64,000 nucleotides of DNA, taken from Bugula neritina. Its lineage: Eukaryota > Animalia > Bryozoa. The notes under the pieces are model-generated. The model saw nothing but the letters and a program-made list of their open reading frames with translations, made no database searches and was not told the origin of the DNA. The stretch spans positions 22,770,628 to 22,834,627 of the forward strand of contig OZ037767.1 in NCBI GenBank assembly GCA_964035545.1. Reading direction: 5' to 3'. This document shows positions 1 through 30,500 of the stretch, piece by piece. Numbering within the stretch: position 1 is the stretch's first letter; each line of letters starts with the position of its first letter. The translations under genes were made by a program, and so were the position numbers.

Positions 1-12035
<12,035 letters not shown>

Positions 12036-12501
12036 CCAACAGCTTTTGCTCCACCTATAAATGAGTTTTAGTGAAGCAGTTTTAAGCTGGAATGTCGCAA
12101 TACTGCTAGAAAAAGTATTATTTAACTATTATGTATTGCGAGTAAAATATTTATTTAGAATGTTATTTAAAGTAATTGTATTCAACTTTGAAAGTTGGCA
12201 TAGAAATGGAGTAAACACAATCAGAAAAATAAGATATAAAAAGTTATATGAAAGATATGAAAAAAGTTATTTCAATAAAAATAATGAATAGTTTTGAAAA
12301 AACCCAATGAAACTTAAATTTTGAAAGAATTGAATGTAGAATCTCAAAACAACAAAATGATGGAAACATTTAAACAAAATTATAAAAGTGATAATAATAA
12401 AAAAAGAAACATGGGAGTAACAAATAGTTTGTGCTGCTAAACATACACTAACTACAGATGTGTCACACAAACTTAGCACCTACAGAAATGAAAAATACTG
12501 G

Positions 12502-18029
<5,528 letters not shown>

Positions 18030-19492
18030 ATTACAAGATGGAAATCAATTATTTACTACAGACAAAAGTTTAAATCTTCGCGTTGTTCACTTACACGTTC
18101 ATCAATTTTTTATTTTCTGGTTGTGGGCTGTTGTTTTGAAAACTAAACAAATCCTTTGAATACAATACTCCGCCATTAGTCATGGAAATATCTACAAGAT
18201 GGCAGTAAATACTCGTCAATATCGAGTAGCAAGACTTGTGAATAATTACAAACTATAAGTTGCATTTTCTAACCCCAAAAGCTTGATCTTGTATATAACT
18301 AATTGTATTATTTTAACATTTGACACAACATTATCAAAATGCAAACATTTACAAAGTAATTTGCTCTGACTAAAACTGTATTCAGTAACAAAGTTTAGCA
18401 AAATGAGAAAAAAATTATTTGCAAAAACGATAGTCACTTGCAAATAATTGCTGACAATTTATTCTTTATTATTATAAACAATATCATTATACTATCCATA
18501 CTGTAGCCGTTGCCATTGATTGTAGGCAAAATGAAAGAATCTTGAAGTTTATAGGGAGGAGAGTGACATTCGCTTGACTTGTTCTTACGTTTACAACAAC
18601 AGGTCATAGTGAAACTGAGAATTAAGATCAGAAGGCCTCAGTTTATATTCAACCTACAAAAACAGAAACTGATGTTGAACATTTCTTTGAATGAATACAT
18701 TTTTTGTAACAAACATCTACAAATAATATAAGGTTTTGCTACGATCAACTAAACAAGCTCAATACTTGTACTTACTAGCTAGTAGCTACTAGACTATATT
18801 CACAATTACTAACGGAGTATAATACCAACCGCATTACTAGTAGTACTACTAGTACTATTACTAGTAGTAAATAGTAATAATAGTAATACTAATAGTAACA
18901 CCAATACTTATACTTATAGTATTACTAATGTAGTCCACCAATTACAAAAATTTAATATAAACATTAAAAAAAGGTCTAAGAAACAACTACAGAATATGAG
19001 TACAAAACTAAGAGCAACATTTTTACTAAAAGTAAAAGCTAATCATTTAATTTCAAAATTTCATTTCACTGTTATTTAACTGAACAGTAGAATGAGTGAT
19101 AAAAAGTTATTTGCACTGTCTGTGTTTATTTTCCTAATAGTGAAAACGAAAATTCAAGTCTCACAATCATCAGTCTCAGAGAAGAGTGGGGAAGTTCAAG
19201 TCAGCTGAAAAAAAAGAATTAATTTTGCATTAAAACTTATATATCAATACAAATTATACAATTATATTACACATAAAACAGTAACGCTAACACGTTCAGT
19301 TACTTATAGTTATAGTTTTACAACTACAAATACTGACATAGCAAATGCAATACGCAAGCCCAATTTGCAATGCAAGCCCAAGCCCCAAGGTGAAGGCACG
19401 ACAACCATAATCACATTGACCTTGACAATTAAATTATGAATGATGATTATCATTATCATAATCATTATGATAATCATAATCATAATGATAAT

Positions 19493-22400
19493 TGTTTTAT
19501 GTTGATTTGTGATATTATTTCAGCTATCGTGAAAAGACAGAACGTGCTCGAGTTAGTTGATAAACGTAAGAGGCCGAAGCCGTGATTTATTACCACAATA
19601 TATATACACGAAAATACTAAAACTATTACAATAAGTGATACAATTAATTATTAAGATTATGACAAAAAATAGTAAAATAATAAAATAACAAATTAGAAAT
19701 AAATGTTTACATGAACACCGAACATCTCCCACAGAATAGAAAAAAGCTATTTAGATATGATTGTTTTAAGAGGGCACATAGTCTGCCATCCAACTAGGTG
19801 GCTTCCGTTCTCTGGTTGAACGTCTTAGATTGTCGCTATGATTGGCGCTCTCGGTGGTGTCAACCTGGGTACTACTAGCGTTTTGTTTAGGATCCTTTGG
19901 TGTCTCAGGACTCGCTGGCTCCGTGACGAGTGGTCTGATGTCTCGCCGGTTTCTCCGAAAGAGGTTGTTGTTAAGTTGTATGGCATAGGCTCTGCTACTC
20001 AATTGTTTGTTAATTTGCGCCTCCTGCCATTTTCTCCGGTGCTGACTCCAGTCTCGAACCAAAACTGGTTGCCCTTCTTTCAGCACTGCCAAATCTCTTG
20101 CACCGTCATTGCATCTCTGCTGCAGTTTTTTCATTGCGGCCCTGCTTTTCCCACCAACCTTGGTTGTTCTCTGTTTCTGGCTGAACTTGTGGGAGTACTG
20201 ACCTGGTGGGTCTTCCGATAAGTTGCTGAATTGGGCTGGCCGTCAGGCCTTCTTTGGTGGTGTTGAGATGTTCCAGTAACGCAAGTTCGGGCTCTTCACA
20301 TCTGCGGAGTATACGTTTGGCTATCTTCACAGCAGACTCTGCCTTCCCATTGGACTGAGGATGATATGGAGAGCTGGTGGTGTGTGTGAAATTCCATGAT
20401 TGGCTGAAAGTGGAAAACTGGTGCGAGGTAAACTGTGGTCCGTTGTCAGTGTGAACCTGTCTGGGTATTCCCAGGCGTCCAAAACAGCGCTTTATGGAGT
20501 TGATAACAGCCTCTGCTGTTTGGTTGTCCAGTCGGTCATATTCAAGGTAGTCAGTCGTATAGTCAACAATAGTAATGTAGTGAGTGTGATTGTATTCAAA
20601 CAAGTCAATTCCTACTTTGGTCCAGGGTTGTTGGGGAACTGTGTGGAGTAAAAGTGTTTCCTTCTGTTGCCGGGGAGCATCCAGTTGACATTGTCGACAG
20701 TTAGCAATATTGTTTTTGATGTCATTGGTGATGCCAAGCCAAAACACTGTGTGGCGGGCACGTCTTAGTGTGGAGTTAATCCCATTATGGCCGGTGTGAA
20801 GTAGTTGGAGAAACTTTCTCTGGAGTGTCTTTGGAATAATGGCTCGTAGTCCTTTGTAAACAATGCCATTGTCAATAGATAGTTCGTCCTGAAAGTGTTT
20901 GTACTTGTCGTGAGTTGTGCAGTTGGCAATGTTCCAGTCATGTTTAATAAGGTTTGTCAGTGTCATAAGTTCATTGTCCTGTGCAGTAGCAGTCCTAATG
21001 TTGTCAATTAAGTCGTCACAAACAGGAGCATCATTATTTTGAGAGTCAATGTGAAAAATGTGTTCTGGTAGTTGTTGATAGTTGGGGGAGTCAAAGTATG
21101 AGTCTCTTGAGAGTAAGTCAGCCGTGATCTGTTCAGCACCCTTTTGCCAAGTTACCTTAATGTTGGGGTATCTTTGTAAGTGAAGAAGCATAGCCTGCAA
21201 CCTCCGAGATGCCTTATGAATGGATTTCCTGAAAATAGATACAAGGGGTTTGTGGTCAGTTTGGATAGTGACAGCATGGTGACCAAAGATATACTGGTCA
21301 AAGCGTTCAGTGCCAAACACTATGGCAAGGCACTCAAGCTCTAGTGGCACATAGTTCTGTTCCGATTTTGTTAAACTGCGAGATGCATATGCTACAGGCT
21401 TGCCTCCTTGCATGAGTGTTGCACCCACACCAGCATTTGAAGCGTCAGTTTGTATAGTTACTGGCTTGTTGCAGTCAAAGTATTGTAGAGTTTCTGAGTC
21501 AGTTAGTAAGGTCTTCAGTCTATTAAAAGCGTTCATTTGGTCGTCAGTCCAGTGAAAGTCTTGAGCATTGTCTTGTGTCAGTAAACGTCGTAATGGTTCA
21601 GATTCCGATGCTAGGTTGCTAATAAATTTTGACATGTATGTGATGTGACCAAGGAATCGTTTTACTCCCTGTGGAGATGAGGGAGGTTTCATCTTAAGAA
21701 TGGCTTTTACTTTGTTAGGATCTGGTTTAAGTCCATTAGTTGTCAGTATGTGTCCAATGTAAGGTAGTTCGTCCTGAAGGAAGCGGGATTTTTCCTTGTT
21801 CAGTCTCAGTCCTGTCTGTCGAGCACGTTTGAAGAGCGCTTCAAGGTTTCTATCATGCTCTTTCCTTGTGCTTCCAAAAATTAGGATGTCATCTGCAACT
21901 ATGGTGATGCCATCAAGACCAGCAAGATTTTCCGTGAGCCTTCTCTGAAACTCCTCCGGCGCTGATGCAATTCCAAAGGGTAGCCTTAGGTACTTGTACT
22001 TTCCTATGGGAGTCCAGAAAGTTGTCAAGTCTGTAGATTCCTCAGCTAGGGGAATTTGATAGAAACCTTCTTTGGCGTCACACAAGGAGAAAAACTTGGC
22101 ACCGTTGAGTTGTGGCAAAACATCTTCCAATGTTGGCATGACAGCGTGGTTTCGTTTAATTGCTTGATTGAGATTTTGCGGATCTATGCAGATGCGTATC
22201 TTTCCATTAGGCTTGCGCACTGGTTGTAGATGGCTTATCCAGTCTGTAGGTGCTTCTACCTTAGCGATAATTTGACGTTGTTCTAGTTCAAGAATAGTCT
22301 TGATGAGATCTGATTTCATCGACAAGGGCACCTTCCGCGGTCGGACTTGCACTGGTACAGCTTCAGGTCTTAGCTCTATCCTATATTCCTGTTCAAACTT

Positions 22401-23993
22401 TCCAAGTCCGGTAAATATGTCATCAAAGTTAGTCAGTAAAGTCTGAAGGTCTGGGTCAGTAGTGGCAAAGTTTACATTCTCGCTTTTGGTGCTGGGCATT
22501 TGTAATAAATCCAGGTGCAAACATGATTTCCATGACAGCAAGCTATGTTGGGTGGTTTCCACAACTAGGAATTTTAATGTAGTGTAACATCCTTGCTTGT
22601 TTAGTATCTGTATCCGTGTCCACCCTAGTGGTGCACACTTGCTCTGGTCATATAAAGTTAGTACAGTATCAGTCGGTGTAAGTTTCGGTCTACCTAGCTT
22701 GTCGTAGTCGATCGTATTCAAAGTATTGCATGATGCACCAGTGTCAAGTTGGAATTCAATGTCATAAATAGTATCTGCTTGCTTAGCAGTGAGCATCGCT
22801 AATAATTTACGATCTCGTACAGTAGTGGAGATAGTACTTACATGTTGAGAGTCACTGTCTGAAGAGTAATTCCAGGTGACTTGATTGGCTGTTTCGGTTG
22901 AGTCGCGATAATGATGCATGCGTGACCTGCAGTATGTAGCAAAGTGGTTAAATTTCTTGCAATGATTGCACTGTTTCCCATATGCTGGGCATGCTCGAGG
23001 TGGGTGATTGCCTCCACAGTTTCCACACCTAGAAGCACCAACTGATTTTCTGACGTTGGGCTGAGAGTGAGTGTGTGAAAGTTGTCCTCTGTGTTTATCA
23101 GTGTTACGAGTGTCATTAGAGTGATATTGATGAGTCGGAGGTCTATGTTTTACCAAGTTCACTTGTTCGAGTCCATATGTGTTATCCTTAGTCATAGTCT
23201 TGTAGTCAATAGCCGATGCTTCTTCTCGTCTGCAGAGTTCAATTGCTTTGTCAAAGTCAGTCAAGTCAAACAGTTTCTTTCTAATCTTGTCACTTTCAAT
23301 TCCCAGTATCAGTGCTTGTAGTATCAGTCGGTTGTACATGTTTTTTAAGTCACATAGTCCTGCAATGGTATGTAGTTCAGTCAAAAATTCGTCAATAGTT
23401 CTATTTCCTTGCTTACAAGTCAGTAGTGAGTGAGTCTTAGCCACTAAGTTTATTCTTGGTTTGCAGTAGTCATCAAACTGCGTCACAACTTTGTCATAGT
23501 CAGTTTTGTCATTGTTGTCAGTCCAGTTGAAAGAGTCGTATATTTGGTTGCCTCGGCGACCGATAGTTCTAAGTAGGTATGCAGTTTTCACTTTGCCTTC
23601 GGCTGTATCTTTCGATGTGGCAGTTAAAAAAAGTTCGAAGTCACGTTTAAAAATCTTCCATTCCTCAGGTAAATTCGGTCCATCTGCTAATGGTTTTGGC
23701 GCTAGTAATTGCTCCATGTTATTTCAGTGTAATATTAATAATAATTAGACTCGGGGCACCATGTTTTATGTTGATTTGTGATATTATTTCAGCTATCGTG
23801 AAAAGACAGAACGTGCTCGAGTTAGTTGATAAACGTAAGAGGCCGAAGCCGTGATTTATTACCACAATATATATACACGAAAATACTAAAACTATTACAA
23901 TAAGTGATACAATTAATTATTAAGATTATGACAAAAAATAGTAAAATAATAAAATAACAAATTAGAAATAAATGTTTACATGAACACCGAACA
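19493..23993 (-). mobile_element. Ty3/Gypsy LTR retrotransposon (Mag-like), full length and very recent
   Basis: 232-bp LTRs at 19493-19724 and 23762-23993, identical by eye. 5-bp TSD ATAAT (19488-19492 / 23994-23998). PBS TGGTGCCCCG (elongator tRNA-Met-like) adjacent to the 5' LTR, and a purine tract GTGGGAGA before the 3' LTR. Confidence 0.96.
19766..23717 (-). CDS. Gypsy Gag-Pol with one frameshift near the integrase C-terminus
   Basis: Two CCHC knuckles, protease FQLDTGASCN, RT (RICIDPQNLN, LPFGIASAPEEFQ, VADDILIFG), RNase H (TDASNAGVG, ELECLAI, TDHKPL) and integrase (GIDLF, TDNGPQF, SNGKAESAVK). The tail continues in ORF 19766-20134. Confidence 0.92.
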
Positions 23994-24249
23994 ATAATGA
24001 TGTACTTTAAGTTTTACTTTTAGTTTTAACCAAATTTAAATTATTCCAATTCTTAGGATAAAAATCAAATTAAACATGAGTAACACAAACTGTTAATCTA
24101 AGATTAAATAATCCAGATTTAGTCTTACACTCACAGTTCGAGTTACTAAATGCACCAGCGGCTAAAAACCTTAGGCTTAGCTTTTTATTTATAGTGATTA
24201 GATTAAGATATCACCGCAAGATCCAAGATGAAGAAATGTTCTTTTAAAA

Positions 24250-24340
24250 ACTACCGCGCTTTGAACGGAAGCGCACATGTCAATGTCAAATTTTGTAAGC
24301 AGGTCGTCACGCAAGCGCAACGACCGGCTTCCTCGATTCA
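24250..24340 (+). promoter_or_regulatory. Probable afadin proximal promoter (CpG-rich patch)
   Basis: Local CpG-rich stretch with an ETS-like CGGAAG motif about 200-270 bp upstream of the afadin ATG; position-based inference only. Confidence 0.35.
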
Positions 24341-24518
24341 ATTTGCCATAGAAATATTCGATTACGAGTAACTACCTGTAACCACCTGAAAATATTAGTA
24401 TTGACTTTTAAAAGAATTCACACACATTATTGAATCGCGACTAATCATTTGGTGGAATATTCTATAAATTATGGAAGAATAAACTGCATGTGATATTTTA
24501 ACACGCATAATTCTCAAA

Positions 24519-27500
24519 ATGGATGATATTTCACACATCAAACGTAGAGAGCTGTTGACAGCATTGATAGAGGAATGGAATGCCAACAGGCTAGATTTGT
24601 TTGAAATTAGTCTACCAGATGAAGTAAGTCTAATTCAAAGTAGATTGGTTGAAATTTTATTTACACTTGAGCTCACCTATTAAATACATTAAGAAGTGTA
24701 AGTAGTTTACAAACTGAAGCCCAAAATTAAAAGTAAAAGCTCAACTTAAACTTGGTCTCAAAGACTTGACCATTAAAACTCACCATTGACTGTTGACATT
24801 GTCAGTGTCGCTATCATATTCATTGTGTTTGGGTTAATCTAAAAGTAAATCCTGTAAATGTAGTTGTACTTCTACTTCTTGTTTAATTTTGAAATGAAGT
24901 ATTATTGAATTTAATAAACTAATCGTTATACTTTTAGTTTTAGTGAATGTAATAGTAATACATATAGTTATAGTAATACTAATAGTAGTACTAATACTAA
25001 TAGACATAGACAGTAATAATACTAATAGTAATACAGAATACTAATAGGTAATGTTATTATAATGAAAATTACATTAAATTACAGGATTAATTATACTAAT
25101 ACTAATAGGATTAAATTTACTTCATCATTTAAAACAATAACTCAATAAGTATAACCAATACTAATGGATAAAGGAACAGTTTAATTAAAATCATAATTAT
25201 AGTTAGATTTCTAGTATTTCTTAGTATTGGCAAAACTGAAAGTAAATTTATATAAGTATCTATAATATTTATTTTCAGAATACAAATCTTTGCAATACTC
25301 AAAGTTACAGAGTATCTTTACTATTACTAATGTTAGGTAATGGTGATGGAAATTACCAACTTTCATAAAGTAATTATGTCTATAACTATTTATAAACAAA
25401 GTATCTAACTTTGAAAATTATTTTCGTGGTTTGACTTTCATAAATAGTTGATGCCAAGTACAATTTTGGGACTGCCAGGCTTGCTAAGTTAGTTTTAGTC
25501 AGTTGTCCTTGACATGAACTTTCTCAAAAGCTTTAAAGTTTCTTGAGCTTCACAAATGTAGTTGCCAAGCACAGTCATTGCTAAGTCATTGCTAACACTA
25601 GCCACTATCCCAAATTTCCTGCATATTTCATATCACTCCAGCCGCACCTAGCCTAACTTGTCATGGTGATTCCAGTTTGTTGATTAAATTTTTTAATCTG
25701 GAGTGTCTATTCCTATTCTAGAAAACTAGACACAGTTTGAAAAATTATCCTTGCTGTTGACTAAAATAGCACCAGATTACTTCAGCTTCTATTACAATGC
25801 AGTACAGTAGTACTAATACAGTACTATTAGTACAGTACTGCTAGTACTGTACTAATAGTGGCGGTACTTGTACTGGAAATTTAAGTTTTTATGCATCAGG
25901 TTTTTGACATCAATTTTTTATTAACGTATCTTGTGAATCATTTTTGCCATTACTTGCAAGCTTGAGCAGTATCATTATTAACCAGTTGATGTACTCTCGA
26001 TGTAGACTCTGCAATGTAGGAAGACAAAACTGTCAAACAAAAATATTTAAATAGTAACATTAAATGTAACATAACTCATTTTCCAGACATATCACTCTAT
26101 TATATCATAAACTTGATTTTCTGATGCTACACAGGCTCCAGTTTTGATTAGCGATGTTAAAAAAACAAAAAATTCGAACATAGTAAGTAGGTCATTTTAA
26201 TTGCCTCAACAGGAACTTTCAATAGCCAAAGTCCATCAATTTCTATACTAATTTTGGTTTTGAATTGAAATTTAAGTTGTTGCTTTTATAATCTGCTAGC
26301 TCCAGCTTGTATCAACTCAGTCACTGATAGTAAGAAGGAAATCAGTGAGGTTTATTTTTAATTACTAAGAAATATTTTCATTTTATAAACTCTCATTACT
26401 GAAAATATTATGCAGATTGTGTTTGCCACTTTTCATTCTCAGGAAATAGTATAATTAGTAACTGATATCACTAATAAGTCATGTAATCAGTTCGAATAGC
26501 TTACTCAGTGCAACTTCTATGATTGTGACTGAATACACAATGTGTTTGGAGATGACTAACCCCAATACAAGATGTCCTTGTATTAATTCACGAACGAGGT
26601 GAAGAGGTGAAAGTTGATGACAATCATTTTGACAAACATTAACTTTATCTGGGTATGCTTGTACCAAAGATAACATGAAATAAATGAAAAGACATGTAAA
26701 ATAGATGTGTGTCAAAGGACATGCAAAATGGCCATGTAAAACTGTGTCCTGGGTGTGATGACTAACTAGTCAGCACTTCTTGGAGAGTTAAGTTCTGTCA
26801 AGTAACCATCTTTCACTTATATCTGGAGCAGTGCACGTGTTTTATATAAAACTTTAACTCTATGATGGTATATTCATTATAAACCGCTGTGACTGTCGTA
26901 TTTGCTGTAGCTATCGTATTTACGCCTACATAGCCCGCATAGTTAATAATGGTTTTGATACACCCTACATACCATTCATTTTTGGATGAAAGTAACTGTT
27001 CTACCTCATGTTCTAGTTGTCTTTTCTCTGATTTGTGAGCTTCAGGGTTGTGATATCATCTAAATTCTAAACCAAATACTTCTCACATCTACACTCTCAG
27101 TGATGAACTGTGAAATGTATTCAATTCACAGCATCCTTAGGCACAATGCACCATCAGTTCGGAAGTTTCCAGTTTCCCAGTGGTTAATTAGAGTGGAACT
27201 TAACACCACTGTGGTTCTACTTTGATTGATAGTCTTAAATTCTGACTCGGTAGGGTCCAGATTGGCTCAATCTCAATCTATCCTTTGACCCTTGTTAAGA
27301 AATTCATTCACTCAGTTGATAAATGGAAAGGATTATGAGTAAAGAATGGAATTATGATTAAGCTCTGATATAACTACTACACTCCAACTCAAGGGATTAC
27401 CATGATTCTTGTCATCCTAATCTTTGTCTTCACTAGTTTTGTCTGCCTACCAGTCTAATTTTAATGCAAGGAATTCCAGATTAACTTCCTAAGAACTTTT

Positions 27501-30500
27501 CTCTCCCCCTCCCTCTCTCTCCCTATCCCCCCCTCTCTCCCTCTCCCCCCTCTCTCCCTCTCCTCCTCTCTCTCTCCCCCTCCCTCTCTCTCCCCCTCCC
27601 TCTCTCTCCCCCCTCTCTCTCTCCCCCTCCCTCTCTCCCTCTCTTTCTTTCCCTCTCTCCCCCCTCTCCTCTCTCTCTCTCCCCTCCACCTTTCACCCCT
27701 CTCCCTCTACCTCTTTTCTCCTCTCCCTCTCTCCCCCCCTCTCTCTCTCTCTCTCCCTCTCCCTCCCTCTCCCTGTTGTCCTCTGTAGAGGGTAGAGACA
27801 GGCCCTGACTGACTGCATGTGATGAGTGGCCCAAGAGAACCCCATAGATTCTCTTGCACACTGTTACCAAGATTTCAGTGTTCAAGAGGCACTAACCTTC
27901 CATAATACACTATAATTATAGTCTGTGTCAGTTTGAATAAGTCATTCCAGGCTGATTGACATGTTTTCACAATCATAATATTGATGAAGCAATGCATCGA
28001 GTCAGATTGATTTATTTAAATAAAAGTTAAACGATTTTAAAGAGATTTGGTCAGGCTGTTTTTAGAAATGCTCTCACTATAATAGGCTACTTCCCTTTCC
28101 TCATTGTGCAGTACTTCATAGCAGTAATTGCTCGCCAACCACTACCCTGCAGTTGTCTAATGTGTACAAGGGGCACACACCAGTGTACAAGGTAGCCACT
28201 GCTGCCCTCACTCCCTTCAAGCTAGTATTATAGGGGGTATAGTGTGTCTATCAATTAAAGCCTCCTCATTCTACTCGCATTCCAATCTACTGCCATCACA
28301 ACTATACATGTCAACGCTAGTAGAATACCTCCAGTGTTGGTAATAAATCACCCACTGCAAGTATTTGTGTCACAATGTTGTTTTAGTAAAGCCAGTTGGT
28401 TTCCTTTCACCTACAACCTGGTCAGCTTAGCCATCACACCTGTTTCGGGGTGGTAGTAGTAGTAGTTGTGATAGTTGTAGGTCTAATAGTAGTAGAAGTA
28501 GTAATAATACTAATAATAGTAGTAGTTATAATAGTAGCAGTTGTAATAGTAGTAAAGCTGCTGTGATAGTCCTACACTAGTAATACTTGAGCGCTGAACA
28601 TAAGTTTGTGTGTCACTTGAACACTAAATAGCTATATTAGTATTCCTAACTTAGGCATGTTTAACCTGCATGTAAATTAATCTACTTCAATTGAGCCTTT
28701 GTCCCACCAGACAAGACTGTGTCCCATATTTGTTGCTATCTTTAGAGTTGCAGGCTACATGCAGCAAGATCAGCTGTTCATTTCTTCCATAATGGGTGAA
28801 ACAAAAAATGTATAATATAATTAGTTCAACTGATTTATTAATTACCATTCTTACCCAACACTCTAAATATAAACCGGGATACTGTTTTCATTCCATGTTG
28901 TGGTTTTTGAAAATAAAAAACCAAAAGAATTTGGAGACAGAGATGTTCTTAGCAATACATGTAACAGGCTAGTTATGAACAACGTTGCTTTAATTTTTAT
29001 TGCTGTCTCTGTGGCTGACTTATAAGGAATGTTGCTACCTCTCTCAGCATCAAAATCTTGTCTTGTGACCATTTTCTCTCAATTTATTCAGAACTTGCAT
29101 TATCAGTGCGCAACTCAAACTAATATGCATACATGCCTTTCCTTTGGTAGTAAAAATACTTTAAAATTAACATTTCACCGGCGATTGTGACTTGCAACTG
29201 TCTGTAGTGACCCAATTAATTACCTGACATTGCTCTACCTCGTCTGACATTCCATTCAAATAAATTACCCCACCACTACCTATTATGTTGTAGGCTTGTT
29301 CTCGTACCTTTGCCATGTATTTTATCACAATGATATCTCTATTGAAACCACTAATGGGCTATTATGGTTTACTCTAAGAATCCTGTAGACCTGGGAATAC
29401 TTGCTTCTTCAGGGTCACTTGCACTTATTGCTATATAAACATCAAACTTTGGGTTGAAAAGAGAAAAGAGATCTGTTCCTAGGAGTTGACTTGCAGTTCC
29501 TTTGATACCTGATTGATGTTTTGATATGGAGTAATGGGTGAATCAGTTTATCAGCTTCGGCTTGTCATATCACTAATGGTTAGATGTCGAGCATGTTGAA
29601 ATTTTTGAACAAGTGCCAGTAAAGTGGCATCATTTGATCTGGTGGGTTGGACAGATTGAGTAGCAGAGAGTTATAGTGGAAGCATAAGCTTACTAGCTCC
29701 AGTATAGCCTTCTCACTTACTTTTCTCATCTTGGAGTGGACACAGCATGTCCCACAAATCCCCCTTCCTTCCTGTGCTCTAGCTCAAAATTCTAACTGAA
29801 ATGGCTTGTTGGGGGAAATAAAGAAATTGCTCCTTATTACACCAGTGGTTGGTTTTCTTGCTGTGTGGTCCATGTTGTGTAGCTGTAGTTACACAACCTG
29901 TGAATAATGCTGGTACTAGTCATTAAACCATCATCTTAGGTGACTTACACCATGAGTCATACCTGTATGCTGACTAATAGATGAGTAAGCTGATGGTGGA
30001 AGACATCATGGTGCAGTATTGAACTCATAGCTAATCTAGCTTTCTCCTATATCCTAACACCTACTCACAAAAAGTGAAAAAGTTAATGAGAACTAGTTGA
30101 GGTGCAGGTGATGTTAGGAGCACATGTAGGTGTAGTAATAGAAAAATTGATAAAAACCTGTATTCTAGATTATAAATATAGCAAAAGGAATGATCTTATC
30201 GATAGAGTATTTCAACCCACTTCCCAAACCAAAATTTATTAAAAAAATTAAAGAGTTTAAGCTATTCTTCTTTTGTTCACCTAAATGAAATACCATTATT
30301 TGCTGCTCGTAAAGCCTTAATTTCAAAACTGCCCAGCCAGCCAGATAACCCAGGTTTCAAAACACTGTACAGTACTGTAGAGTCTACACTGTGCTATGTC
30401 ACGTGGCTGTTGAGTATGCTGTACAGTCACCCCATAGGATTAGCTAACTATGATTCACTCTGCATGATTGTTTTATATGATCTCATCATATTTTAATCTC

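Noticed and set aside
18160-18720. Possible plus-strand small gene after a CAAGATGGC (YY1-like) motif
   Set aside because: No spliced open frame could be built; at most a promoter motif.
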